Below are positions 41,303 through 55,169 of a DNA stretch of 64,000 nt, one piece after another. The stretch is from the human T2T-CHM13v2.0 reference genome, Homo sapiens: the NCBI RefSeq assembly GCF_009914755.1, contig NC_060935.1; one strand, 5' to 3'. The notes beneath the pieces were generated by a model. That model saw nothing but the letters and a program-made list of their open reading frames with translations. It had not been told where the DNA came from and made no database searches. Position numbers and translations under genes: made by a program. Each line of letters begins with the position of its first letter. Within the stretch, counting starts at the first letter, position 1.

Positions 41303-42589
41303 TAGGCGGGTAAGAAAAAGGAGAAGGAGGGAGAAGACCACTTAGAGGATTCCAGACATTCTGAAGTCCTTTTCCATACCTGAACTCCAGGACATTATGA
41401 CTTAGCCCCCTGCCTTATGAAGAAGACCACTGCTAGCTACTTTTGCAGTTGTTCCAGATCCTACTTCCAGCCACCTGCTAGAGAAAGGCGTGAAGAAGGG
41501 CAACTGGCCTAGGGCCCCCACTCTGTGGCCCACAGTGAATCAGTAACACTGTTGCTGAAATCTTCAGCAAACAAGAAGCACAGTCAGGAATTCTGTGCCA
41601 GGTTGCTGATGTCAAATGGAGTGTCTTAGCAAAGCATGGAGTTTAGAATCAGACAATTAAGAATTTGAATGCTGGTTCTTCCTAGCTCTGTGACCTTGGG
41701 CAAATTACCACTTGTGTACCTGTTTCTTCGTCTGTAAAAGAGGGGAAAATATTACTTCCAAGCATTGTTTGAAGCAATTAAATGGGATGAAGACCCTGGT
41801 GCATAACTGTTTAGTTCTTACCCCAAATGCTGCCACCAGCCTCAGTGGCTTCCTGTGCCTGGGTTACCATAGCACCTGAGCTGATCCTGGTATGTTGATT
41901 TTACTTATGGATTTTGAAGAGTCAGAAAGATACCAGTATGAAGAGGTGGTCACTGAAAGCAAAGCCTGTTTTCCAAGAAAAGGCATCTCACTTGGAGATG
42001 ATTGCCTTGGGCACCTCGTATATTTGGGGCAAAGGCAGCTATTGGTGATGAGGGGTAGGGATCTGCTTTTATCCCATATGTGATACTCCATAGTAGAAGA
42101 GTAGTGCAGCACCTTGAATAGACGACTTTGAGAAAACAGACATTCATAGCCTTACCATGCATTTCCTTGTGAACCAAGTTAGTTAGGCAAGAGGTCAGAT
42201 GTGGACAGATGTGATCCAGGACTGCAATGAGAAAAGTTGAGCCCCTCTGTGCCTCTCCTGGCCTGCAAAACTGCAAGTAAAGTGTCTACAGGGAGCTTCC
42301 ATCACACACTCTCTAGCTTCCTTTTCCTGCCTGGTCCATTGTGGATGCCCCAGCTCTGCACATACAGATCCCTTACCCAAGATGCTGGAGGATCCCCGTG
42401 AGCCAGAGGGACAGGGATCCCCAATGGGCTCATAGCCTCAGATTCTGGGCCTTCACTTAGTGTCGTAGCAATGGAAATTTCCACACATTCAGATATATCC
42501 ATGGCAAGGGATCATGCAGTGGCCCTAAGGTAGGTGGGAGAGGAACTGTGGCTTGAATACTTAATGTGTTCCAGGAAATATGGTAATCA

Positions 42590-42780
42590 TAATAATAGTG
42601 GTGGCCATGTGTTAGTCACTGGTTTAGTGTTTTACCTATATTCATTTAATCATTCCAACAACCCTATGAGGGAGGGACTGTTATAAACTCTATTTTACAG
42701 ATGAGAAACCTGAGGCACAGAGAGATTAAGTAACTTGTCCAAAGTAACACTGCCAGTAAGTGGCACAGTTCGGACCCATG
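42590..42780 (-). mobile_element. MIR
   Basis: ACAACCCTATGAGG...TTTTACAGATGAGAAACCTGAGGCACAGAGAGATTAAGTAACTTGTCCAAAG. Confidence 0.85.
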
Positions 42781-44951
42781 CAGTCACACGTATGCAATCA
42801 AATTCCAAAATCATCCTTTTAACCAGTAAGCTCCACTGCCTCTCTTTAATCTTCCCCCTAAATCCAGGAGGTGGGCCTTATTACCAGCAGAGGTAAGAAA
42901 CTGAGGCTCAGAGTGGTTAAGTGACTGGGCCAAGATCACACAACCAATTAAGCGCAAACATCTGTGAGACTCTACTTCACTAAATAGCTTCCAAAAGAGC
43001 AACCGAAACCCTGACATTATCTCTTACTCTACACAGAGAAGTGTGGGGTTGGGGACCCAGATTTTTACCCCTCAATGCCCAGACCTCCACCCGAAGCACA
43101 CTGGCAGGCAGAAGCAAAAGCCCTATTCTTGCCTGGTCATCCTCTTTGCCTTTCAGATCCTGGCCCCAAACATCTAAAGGGGTCTAAGATGTCTTACCTG
43201 CTAACATAGCACTTGCCTCACTTAGTAATTATACATTCACTGATGTGGTTATGTAATTACAATTTCCCTGATTGGAAGCTCCACGAGAAAAGAATTTTGA
43301 TTCTTACTAACATTTTATCACCAGTGACTGGCATGTTGCCCAGCATTTGGTAGCAACATAAAACGCTATTAGAATGAATGAATGAGTGTAGCAGCTATAA
43401 GGTTCTAGACTTACACCTGGCCCTCTGTCTCCATTATCTCAAATCCTCACAAGAACTTTGTGAAATAGTCGTCATCATTCCTATTTTACTGTTGAAGAAA
43501 CTGAGGATCAGAGAAGTGAGGGGACCTTTGCCTCAATCAGTCAATAAGAAATGAAGCCAGGCACCACAGTGAAGTCTGCCAGATCCAGCCTCCGTGTTCC
43601 CCTTTTTCACCCCACTTAGAAAGGAACCTGATAATAAACTATCTAAGGGGTTGGGGGTTGGTGGGGGGTCTGCCAGAGTTTCTCCTGTAGGGAAACCAGA
43701 AGAAAATGGGGTCGTGGAGATCAAAGGCAAGGAAAGTGCTCAAATGGCCACGGTCATGGGAGGGGATTCTAGAAGACTGCCTTTGATAACTCAGCAGGAA
43801 ATCAGCTTTGTCGGCCAGCCGCCTTTGAAAACTGGATTCTGCATACTCAAATCAGCCCTTTGTGGTACCCCTTGGGAAGGATAAGACCCTAACAAGCAAA
43901 TGATTCTGAATGGGAGTTAATTCAACATTCTGATGTTTTTTGAAAAGATGGACTTTGTGGAAATGAAGCCAGGATGATGATGATGCTTAGTAGTTTTCAC
44001 TGCAACCTCAGGGAGACTAACTTTGTTTGGTTCGTATTTGAGGCACTTCCAGACTGCCTTGAAAAGGAAATTCTGATAAATGTGTGTGAATGTCTAAAAT
44101 TCTTGTGCAATGTGGAGCTTCAAGAAAGTTGCCAGGCAAATTTTTGGAAAACAATTTAATAGTGTCTTGCCCCACTGTTTATAAAACAATATCTTTCTAA
44201 GCCAAAAAATAAAAGACAATTCCTGTGTATTTTGTTTTTTTCCACCCGTGAAGCTCTGAGGTTTTATTTGCCTTGGATTTGGAGAGGGAACGGAAATCAA
44301 TGCAGCTGTTTATGGTCTCAAATCTTCACACAACTTCAAATGCTCTCAGGGCCCAAAAGATCCTCATGGGTGTCTCTGTTTTGTTGACAGCTTTTAGACC
44401 ATCCTTGAGCTCAGCCAAGGGGTAGCATTAACTAGAATTCCCTTTTACATGTGCCCTGCAGGGTTCATTTCTGGCATCCCACTTTCCTCTCCATCTTCTC
44501 TGTTTCTGCAGGAAGAAGATTGTCTTGAGGCCACCAACATCATTAGTTATAGAGGCAAGTTGATAGATCAGTCAGAAAAGAATTGATTTCCTAGTCCTTG
44601 TGCTCAGGGGTGGTCTTGGCACTTCTGTAGACAATGATTCTGTGGGATCCGCTTCCCTGGAAGGAAGGGAGAATAGACGGAATTTCTGGGGTAATGGTTT
44701 TTAGTTGTGTCAGAAGAGATCCCACTTGTCAGTGACTTTGTTATACAGATAACCTCCCTTTAACTAGAACTGGATTTTCACTTTTTGGTTGCTAACATAG
44801 GTTTTGTTTATTAGTTTGGGAGAAGGAGCTCAATTCTCCTGCCTGAAAAAGGAGAGGGCAGAGATGGATGTAAGCTAGTTTTCTGCATTTCCACATCACC
44901 AACATTTGCACAGGGCTTGGTTCACAGCAGGGCTTAATAAGTGTCCTCTGA

Positions 44952-45349
<398 letters not shown>

Positions 45350-46879
45350 TTAAAGCCACCCATAATTCCAACTTTTAAAAATAATGGTATAAAATAAGAA
45401 ATTAATAGTCCCTAATTTACCCCTCAGAAAGAACTGCTGTTAACAATTCGACACGATTCCTTCCTTCTTTTTCCTTCTCTTTATAAACATGTTTATTTAT
45501 ACGTATGTACACACACATAAATATATTAGCAAAATAATTTTAACAGTAGGCTAATATATATAAATAATAAAGAAAATAATATTTTTTTAAATTACAAAAT
45601 GCATACCAAAGCTCTAATTTTTGTTAAATTATCCACTATTGAGGTTTTTTTAGGCCAACACATCCTTTTATTAGCACAGACCTTCATGAGTTAACTCTGC
45701 TCCAAATCCTCCTCTCAGAGTCCTAAACCCTGGGCACTGGGCCTCTTCCTGGAGGTCAGACATTGACCAGCAGCACCTCTTCCATCTGAGGCTCACCAGG
45801 CTCCATGCCTGGGGCAGAGTCAGAGGGTAGGCATGAAGGCTTCCAGGATGACAGCAGTAACCAAAAGAGGAAATGTGTTGAGAGAGCCGTGGGGAGGTGG
45901 GGAGCATCGCAGCTCAGTGCCTGGTGGCCCTGCAGGAGCAACCGGTAGAGTAACGAGTAAGGGTCAGGCTGCCTGATGCTACCCGCACCGCTGGAGCTGA
46001 GGCGGCATTGGGGGGATTACCTGGCTGTGTTTGGGCTGCATGGGCAGCTGGACTGGCTGAGTGTTTCTGTCAAAAAGGAAATCTCACTCAGAAAGTAATA
46101 GAAGGCCTGGATTTTTCCAGATTGGCTGTTAACATAGATTGAAATTATCCAGATTATTGCCTCAGTAATCCCCCACTGTAAAGTGTTGTGAGAGCAAAGC
46201 CTTTGCAGCGCTTCATAAAGCCATGTTTTTCAATTCGTCTGCACCCAGAGAGCTTTCTCAACATTCTACTGCCTGTGCCCACTCCCAGAATCTGATTTCA
46301 TTGGTCCAGGGTGGGACCAGGACAGCCTTAGTTTGTGGATTTCCCAGGTGACTCTAATGTAAAGCCAAGGATGCAAAGCAAAGGGGAGGACCACTAATTC
46401 AGAGTAACCTCATTGCTTTTTTCAAATGCAGACTCACAACTTCAGAATCCTAGGTCTGGTTTTTTTTGGGGGGGTGGAAGGGGGTAGGTATCTTTTCCTT
46501 TAACAAGCAGCCTGGGTGATTTTTAGGCTTCTTGTTTAAGGAGTACTGGTCGAAGTTGTCTTTGCCTCCAGATGAACATAGCAGGAAGCCCTGTCTCAGA
46601 GCACGAACATCACGCAAAGACCACCCCCTGTAACTGGTGATCTTTCCTTGCCTTATTATTAAGACCATTGTCATTAGCAAACTGGGTGACTACCAAACCT
46701 TTCCACTCATTTCCTCAACTTAAAATGGACTCATTCTGCCACCACTCAGGAGTGCTGTGGGGATTCATTTAAATGCCATATATAAGGCAGATCTTAACCG
46801 TATCAGAAACAGGAAGTTACATTATCATTTCCATGCTTATCATTATGATGGCTATTCCTTTGATAGTATACTGTCTACT

Positions 46880-47120
46880 GTCCAGAGTCCAGGCACTGGA
46901 GTCAAGTCCTGCTCTTCTACTTAATTGGCAGTAGGATCTTAAGTAAGATACTCAAACCTCTCTGGGCCTCATTTTTCTCTTTTGTAAAATAAAAATGGGA
47001 ATAACTATCTACCTCATGAAATTGTTGTGAGCATGAGAAATCATGTATGTAAAATGCTTACCTTAGTCTCTGGCACATAAGAAGAATAACTTCATAAATT
47101 ACAGTTCTTATCAGCATCAT
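46880..47120 (+). mobile_element. MIR
   Basis: ACCTCTCTGGGCCTCATTTTTCTC..TGTAAAAT...GTTGTGAG...ATGTAAAATGCTTA. Confidence 0.78.
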
Positions 47121-47176
47121 CATTATTATTGGGTCAACTATGGTTGCCTAGTCATATGTGTGGGAAGAAGAATAGA

Positions 47177-47512
<336 letters not shown>

Positions 47513-47534
47513 TTAACTAGACCTCAATTCGTAG

Positions 47535-47537
47535 AAA

Positions 47538-47580
<43 letters not shown>
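47535..47580. repeat. (AAAT)n microsatellite
   Basis: Direct reading, ~11 units. Confidence 0.95.
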
Positions 47581-49227
47581 GTCTTCTGTAATAGTGAAAA
47601 AGTGGGTGGAGAATTAAAAATAACAAGCAGACAAACAAACAAAACAAACCTTGCATGTCAGATCCAGCCTAGAATCTGAACATACTCAGCTCAGTGTCAC
47701 CTTTACTTTTTGCAGGTAAAGCCCTAGGTGGTGCTCACTCCAAAATACCAGCTAGAGCCAACTGTTTGGACTGGAGAATCCAGACGTTTTGATTTCCCTC
47801 TCCCTATTTGACCTCTTTGCCCACACATATAATTGATACTTATCTTTTATTTACATTTTTCCTGGACCCAGCTCCTTGTTAGAAGACATTCTTAATTAAA
47901 TTTGCCTGGTCATTCTATCTCACATCAAACAGGAAATCCAATTCCCTGTCTGTCCAGGATTCTGCAAATCACTGAATGAGGAGCAAGGGTGATGGGGAAG
48001 AGGCACAATTTCATTCTCGTGGCCATCCCTGATTACATTTCTGCTCCCATTAATCTTAGGATCTCACTCTTGTCTATCTCTTTTCTCTGTTCTCTTCCTT
48101 CTGTGCCAAAACAACCCCAAATTCAAAACTTATCTCTTTAAAAAAAAAATAGCAATGTTCCCCCACCTAAAGAAAAATCAAGTCACTCCAAGTATTTGGT
48201 AGCATAGCAGGCTTTGTTGCTATTTTGGGAAAATAAACGGGTTTTACTTTGGCACTTTTGTCTGTGTTTTTTGTCCTCCTCAGTAGGCTCTTCACACTGC
48301 TCTGGCTACTCCATTTTTTGGGAGCCCTTCATATTGAACCGCTCCCAGGAAATGGAATTTTTCTCACTTATTATAGATGACAATATAGCTTGACCCCTGG
48401 ACTCTAGGCTGACCTTCACATATCCAAATGCTCACTAATGTATCTCTAAGACCATATACTCAGAGGACCTCTTGAGCAGCTTAGAACTGGCAGACTTCGA
48501 AATCTCAGACTTGGCACTAATAGATATTAGTGCCTGAATATGGAAGGAAGTGATATGTGATTTATATTTCCACTGATATGATTTATTTACACAGCCTTCT
48601 CCCACCTACAGAAAGTGAAAGTAGTCACAGTCTAAGTTTTAAATAAGAATCCTTTTCTTCTATTACATTATATTTAGCCATTGTTTTATTGAATACAGGC
48701 TTTCCTCTAATTCTTTGTGGGATGAGGCAAGATGTAAACAAAGGAATGTTTCCTAGACTTAACTTATAGAAGTAGGAGAGTGGAACATACCTCTTAGAGT
48801 TTCAACACCAAGGGTAAAAGCAAAAAAATTCTCTCTATTACTTTAGGTTTTTTGTTACAAAATTAAATTAATCAACATACCTGATAACCCCACAAATAGT
48901 TGACCCTCCTTTGTGCCTGATTTATCATTGTATATTTTGTGCTGCCTCTATTAGAGTATTGGTTATATTGTTTGTCATTCATTTATTCCCCTGTTTGGTT
49001 TCCCTACTAGATTGTGAGTTGTTTCTGTTTTTCAGTTTCGAGAAAGGACAATCCTCAGGTGAGAAACAGCAGCTACATCCTTCTTTGAAACTTGAGAGCC
49101 GAGAGCAATAACTTATTCTTATCTGCTCTCCATCATAATGCCCAAAGCCAGGCACATAGATGGCTTGCAACAATTTATTCCTTGTATTAATTATTGAGCC
49201 ACTGATTAATCAATGGTTTGCTACCTG

Positions 49228-50404
49228 CAGTCATGCATTACTTAATAATAGGGATATGTTCTGAGAAATGAGTCTTTAGTCTTTTTTGTTGTTGTACAGA
49301 CATCATAGAGTACATTTTCACAAACCTAGATGGGATGGCCTACTACACACTTAGGCTATATTCTATAGCCTATTGCTGCTGGGCTACAAGCCTGTATAGC
49401 ATGTTGATGTACTGATTACCATAGGTAATTACAACACAATGGTATTTGTGTATCTAAACGTAGAAAAGGTACAGTAAAAATATAGTATAAAAGATTTTTT
49501 TAAATGGTATACTTGGATAGGGCATTTACCATGAATGGAACTTGTAGGACTGGAAGTTGCTCTGGGTGAGTCAGTGAGTGAGTGGTGAGAGAATGTAAAG
49601 GCCTAGGACATTGCTGTACACTATTGCAGAGTTTATTAACACTGTACACTTAGGCTACACTAAATTTATTAAAAATATTTTTCTTTCTTCAATAATAAGT
49701 TAACCTTAGTTAACTGTAACTTTTTTACTTTATAAACTTTTAAATTTTTTGACTTTTTGACTCTTGAAATAACACTTAGCTTAAAACGCAAACACATTGT
49801 ACAGCTATACAAAAATATTTTCTTTATATCTTTATAAGCTTTTTTCTATTAGTTATTTTTTTAACTTTTTCAACTTCTTAAAATTAAAAATGAAGACACA
49901 AACAGACACATTAGCCTAGGCCTAAACAGGGCCAATATCACTGTTTTCCACCTCCACATATTGTCCCTCTGGAAGGTCTTCAGGGGCAAAAACACATATG
50001 GAGCTGTCATCTCCTATGCCAACAATGCCTTCTGGAATACCTCCTGAAGGACCTGCCTGAGACTGTTTTACAGTTAATGTTTTTAAGTAGAAAGAGTACA
50101 GTCTAATATAACAATGAATAGTACAGTAAATACATGAACCCATAACATAGTAATTTGTTATCAAGTATTTATCATCAACTATATAAAGTATTAGGCACTG
50201 TACATGGTTGTGTGCGCTATACTTTTATAAAACTTGCAGCACAGTATCACCACAAACATGAGTACTGTGTTGCACTACAATGTTATGACTGCCACTATGT
50301 TACTAGGCAATAGTAATTTTTCAGCTTCCTTATAATCTTACAGGACCGCCATCATTATATGCAGTCAGTCATTGACCAAAACATCATTATGCAGTGCGTG
50401 ACTA
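49228..50404. mobile_element. Tigger3-type (Tigger3b-like) non-autonomous TcMar DNA transposon, ~1.18 kb
   Basis: Degenerate TIRs CAGTCATGCATTACTTAAT / CATTATGCAGTGCGTGACTA; internal CAAACCTAGATGG...CCTACTACACAC.TAGGCTATA. Confidence 0.88.
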
Positions 50405-51715
50405 TATTTATTTGACATTTAGTCTGGGTCATTGACTCAAATGCCTATAAACACACATACACACATACATACCCCTCACACTCTAGCTTCTGCAGGTAGG
50501 GGAACCCTCAGCCTTTGTTCTCAGAAAAAAAGCCCCAGAGGTTACCATTGGGCATACTGATTTGCACACAGACCCATCTGGAAGAAAGTTTGAGATTGGA
50601 AGTGAGTCACTGATAGGGTGAGTAGATGAGCAGACTTTCCAAAGAGATGTCTTAAGGTTCTTACCTCACTTCTCTGCAGTATGAGATGGGTGGCCTCTCA
50701 ACTCAGCCACTACTAAAAGGTGAGCCTTTGTGCCATCTCGGAGATGTCTCATAAGTTGCCAACCCATTTGTAGAAAATTAAGGAAAAGTGCATTTTTTTT
50801 ACTCCCAAATAAACTCATAAATATTTTGCTTTTTATATTATTCAAGAAACTTTGCAACATTTCCCCTCATCATGTATAATCTAGGGTCTCCAAAAGGCTG
50901 TAGACTTTTCCCCCCAAGATCCCTGCATTTTTTTGTGACAGGCTGGGCCTTAGATGTTCCAGGCTCTTCACCGGACTGTCTTCTTGGGAGGTCAGGCCAA
51001 CAGGGGTCTTTAACTAAGATGAAGGATGGGTTGATGGAACTGGTCACTCACAGGTCAGGTCTGAAGCCCAATTCACACTCAACTAATCACAAGTGGCTGA
51101 CGTTGAGGAGCAGAGAGGGGTGCAGCTGGCACTTCCTGATCTGAGGATGGCTCTTAGAACCAGGGAACTATCCAGTCTCTTAGGATGATTCAGTGGACCT
51201 GAGAGCTTTGATAATACGTTTCAATTTGGCCTATCACTGACATTTGGGTGATTCTGCAAGTTCTGAGCCAGAAGAAAAATAAAGAATGGTTGTCAAAGTT
51301 GGAATTTAAAATGGTGGGCCATTTCAACTTGGCATACTTGTCCATAATGCATATAGTAAAAAAAAAAAAAAAAGAAAAAAAGAAAAAAGTTATTTTAATA
51401 CCTGGATAGTGTATTCTTTCCAGAGCAGCTTGCCATTCTCCAAACCAGTGACTTGCGTTAGCCTCCAATGCTTGCAAAACATTGATTTAAAATGACGTTT
51501 TTCATGTTAACACAGTATCAGTGTGGAAGGAGTAAACTTATAGGCCGTTTTTATAATTTGAGATTATCTTATTTAAGTAAGAAACTTATAATTATCTCAT
51601 TTATCCTAGGAGAAAAAATAGCTTCCCCCCCCACCCTTGTCTGGTTATTATGATAAATTATTTTGCTTTAAATAAGAAAAATGAACGTTTATAGAAAATA
51701 TCTAAAAGGAGATAG

Positions 51716-52022
51716 GGCCAGGCACGGTGGCTCACGCCTGTAATCCCAGCACTTTGGGAGGCCAAGGCGGGCGAATCACGAGGTCAGGAGGTCGAGACCA
51801 TCCTGGCTAACATGGTGGAACCCCGTCTCTACTAAAAATACAAAAAATTAGCTGGGCATGGTGGCGGGTGCCTGTAGTCCCAGCTACTCAGGAGGCTGAG
51901 GCAGGAGAATGGGGTGTACCCAGGAGGCGGAGCTTCCTGGGTAGTGAGCCAATATCGTGCCACTGCACTCCAGCCTGGGCAGCAGAGTGAGACTCCGTCT
52001 CAAAAAAAAAAAAAAAAAAAAA
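51716..52022 (+). mobile_element. AluY-like, full length (first of tandem pair)
   Basis: Alu dimer with Y-type diagnostics and poly(A); flanked by taaaaggagat duplication. Confidence 0.94.
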
Positions 52023-52041
52023 GATATAAAAGGAGATGAAT

Positions 52042-52254
52042 CTTTGGGAGGCCAAGGCAGGTGGATCACTTGAGGTCTGGAGTTCCAGACCAGCCTGACC
52101 AATATGACGAAACCCCGTCTCTACTAAAAATACAAAAATTAGCCGGGTGTGGTGGCATGCGCCTGTAATCCCAGCTGCAGTGAGCCAAGATCGCGCCATT
52201 GCACTCCAGCTTCCAGCCTGGGAAATTAGAGCAAAACTCGGTCACAAAAAAAAA
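52042..52254 (+). mobile_element. AluS-like, 5'-truncated with internal right-arm deletion (second of tandem pair)
   Basis: Starts at CTTTGGGAGGCC; CCCAGC joined directly to TGCAGTGAGCC; A-tail. Confidence 0.9.
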
Positions 52255-52720
52255 GGAGATAAATAATGCTCCAGGAAAAAGCAAATAGAATTACTAAAGG
52301 GAAGAAGAGGCAGGAAAAGAAAGAAATTTGGAAACAGACTAAAAGATTCACTTGTCCTCAAGTGAAAGATCTTTCAACAAGAAAAATGAAGAATTATCAG
52401 AATTTAGTTATATAAAACACACAGGGTTAAGGGAAATGCTCATGTTTACCAATCCTAGAACATTAGAAATACTTTAAAAGAAATACTGTTGTTCATATTT
52501 ATGCATATTTGAGGGTCTCAGAACCCCGAAATGACCTTGGCAGTAAATACAATTTAAACAGGAAACCAAAGATGGCAAATACATAATATGTATTTCACTA
52601 TTTCCATTTATATACCCATAGCAGACATTATCAAGTGATCAGGCGGCTATTTCCAACTAGATGGATGCACTCTGAGATCCTTTTCAGTAGATGGCCCTTA
52701 AGATGAAATCCTCCTGCTGT

Positions 52721-53091
52721 CTGTGCTACTCAAAGCGTGATCTTTAGAACACCAGCATGTGCATGACATGAGAACTTACTCGGAAAGCAGAATCTCAGCC
52801 CCATTCTAGACCAACTGAATCTGAATCTGTATTTTAGCAAGATCCCCAGTGATTCTTAGGCATATTAAGGTTTAAGAAGTTCTGGAGATGCACTGAATGC
52901 ATGATATATTCATTAGGGCAGAATATCTCAAGTTTTAGTATGCATCATAATCACTAGGTTGAACACTGTTGAAACACAGATTGCTGGGCCCCATCCCCAG
53001 GGCTTTTGATTCAATAGGTCTGGGTGGAGCTTTCAAACAAGTTTCCAGGTAATGCTTCTGCAGCTCCAGGGACCACACTTTGAGAACCACT
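52721..53091. mobile_element. Two adjacent MER5-family MITEs in opposite orientation
   Basis: ~52721-52885 (CTCAAAGCGTG...ACTGAATCTGAATCTG) and ~52920-53091 (...GGACCACACTTTGAGAACCACTG). Confidence 0.75.
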
Positions 53092-53696
53092 GCATTAGGG
53101 CCATGGGAATACTTTGGAATATCTCCCTGATCTTTAGAAGCTGAAGATTGTGATATCTTTCCACAAATCTTGGTACACTGGTCAGAACTAGAATTCAGGG
53201 CAGGCAAAAGAGTCCCAAGGTTTATAGCATAATATTTCGTATGTCCTTATGTTCCTAAATCTAAAAGACAATCTCTCCTTCTTCTAGCATCATTCAATCA
53301 TTCATTCAGTATAAATGTTGGGTAGCTATTCTGTCCACAGCTTTATGCTCCATACTGAGAAGATCTAAAGAAAGTTAAAACACAGCTCCTAATTCCAAGA
53401 TGTTTATTCTCTAAGATGAAAATGAATGCATGAAACAATAAATAACAGGTTAAATAATGGGAGACAATAGTACGGGAGGTGGCATCAGATGGCAAAGGGC
53501 AAAGTGTTAAGTAAGTAGCATGAATGATGTGTGACTTGATTTCAGAGAGAGGGAGGATAACTGAAACAGACATAGACAGGGCCGTGCATTTCAGCCTAAC
53601 TAGAGTAGAAAGTTGCTACCTAGAATGGCTAAGAAGGTGCCTTCTCATTTCTTAATGCTTCAGAGGTTAAGACTTTGATGTTTCCTCTGGTCTGAG

Positions 53697-54048
53697 ATCT
53701 TTGTCACTTTGGGCCACTATAACAAAAATATCATAAACAGGATGGCTTAAACAACAAACATTTATTTCTTACAGTACTAGAGGCTGGAAGTCTGAGACTA
53801 GGATGCCAACACGGTATCAGATTCTTGGTAAGGGCCCTCTTCCTGGTCCACAGAAGACTGCCTTCTGTGTCCTCACAAGGCAGTAAGAAAGCATCTCTCT
53901 CCTGTCTCTTCTAATAAGAGTGCTAATCCTATCATGAGGGCTCCACTGTCTTGACCTTATTACCTCCTAAAGTTCCCCACCTCCTAATACCATCACACTG
54001 GGGATTACGGGTTTAACATGAATTCCAGGGGGACAGAGTTAATAGCAT
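53697..54048 (-). mobile_element. MaLR MLT1A-type solo LTR
   Basis: GGCTTAAACAACAAACATTTATTTCTTACAG...GAGGCTGGAAGTC...CTAATACCATCACACTGGGG. Confidence 0.85.
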
Positions 54049-55169
54049 CTGAGTTATTCTAAATCAATGCTATCAGCACTGAAGATCAGGCTATAGGGTG
54101 GGCACAAAGTGTCCTGGAAACAAAGAAGAAAGACAAATAGTTTATAAACAGAGATGACTTTGGGGGAAAGCAGCAGTAATTTAACAACAGGGAAAATAAA
54201 GCCCAGCTTTTATTGGTCTCTTACATTGCCAGGTACTTGTGCTAAATGACTGCCATGCACCAACCATCTCATTTAATCCAAACAACAGCTCATTAGGTAA
54301 ATGTCGTCAAGCCTCCACCTTACTACATGTGAAAACAGAAGCTTTATAAGCATGCATGTAAGCTTAAATAACTTGCCCACTTCTAATCCAAGCAGTTCTA
54401 CAGGGTGGGAGGCTCCTCATTCATAAATCGCGAAGGCTGGCCTGCCTGATCATCTCTCAGTTTCCTTCTTATTCTCATCCACTTTCAGTCAGCGAGGAAA
54501 CCACAGAGCAACCCAAACAGCGAATTCGAGTCGAGGAACCTGTTGGGGCCAGTGCGTCCCAGGCGCGGACAGGGAGGGGCTCCATGAAACGCAGCAAGGT
54601 TTGGCCAGAGCCTGCCGGGGTCATGGAGCCTCTCCCGGCTTCTTCAGGCCACTCTAATTACAGAGTCTGTGGTAGGTTGCGTGGAGGAGCTGTCTCGGGG
54701 CGGGAAGCTTCCCTGCGTATTGTATTTGCCTATAAATACTTCAAATAGTTAAGTGAAATGTGCAGCCTTTGAAAACTGGAGAGGAAGCCGTTGGGAGGCC
54801 CCCCGCCCAGCCGGCCTGGAAGAGCAGGCAGAGAAATGGCTGGCGCGCTCTTAAAGCGGGAGACGAGCTTCGGCCCTGCCCAAGCCAGATGGGGGCAGCG
54901 AGGCTGCGGGCGTGACTCCGGAAGACTCAAACCGTTAAGGTGACCGGAGCAATTTGAAAAAGGAAACAAACTTCCCTCGAGCCGTGCCCGCGTGGCTCTG
55001 GGGCGGACGGTTGCGTTCGAAAGGGCATTTTTCAAAAGAAGGGTTTCAGGAACGCAGGGGTGTGGGCCCCCCGGGAGGCGCGCGGCCGGGGCAGTGCCGC
55101 AAAGCGGCCACCAGCCCGCTTTGTACTCGCGGCCAAGCGCGGCCCCAGAGTTTCGGCGGCGGCCAGAGT

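Noticed and set aside
42868-42898. Possible 25-nt microexon ending at GAG|GTAAGA
   Set aside because: Donor lies in a MIR core; such pairs arise by chance and the length is not frame-preserving
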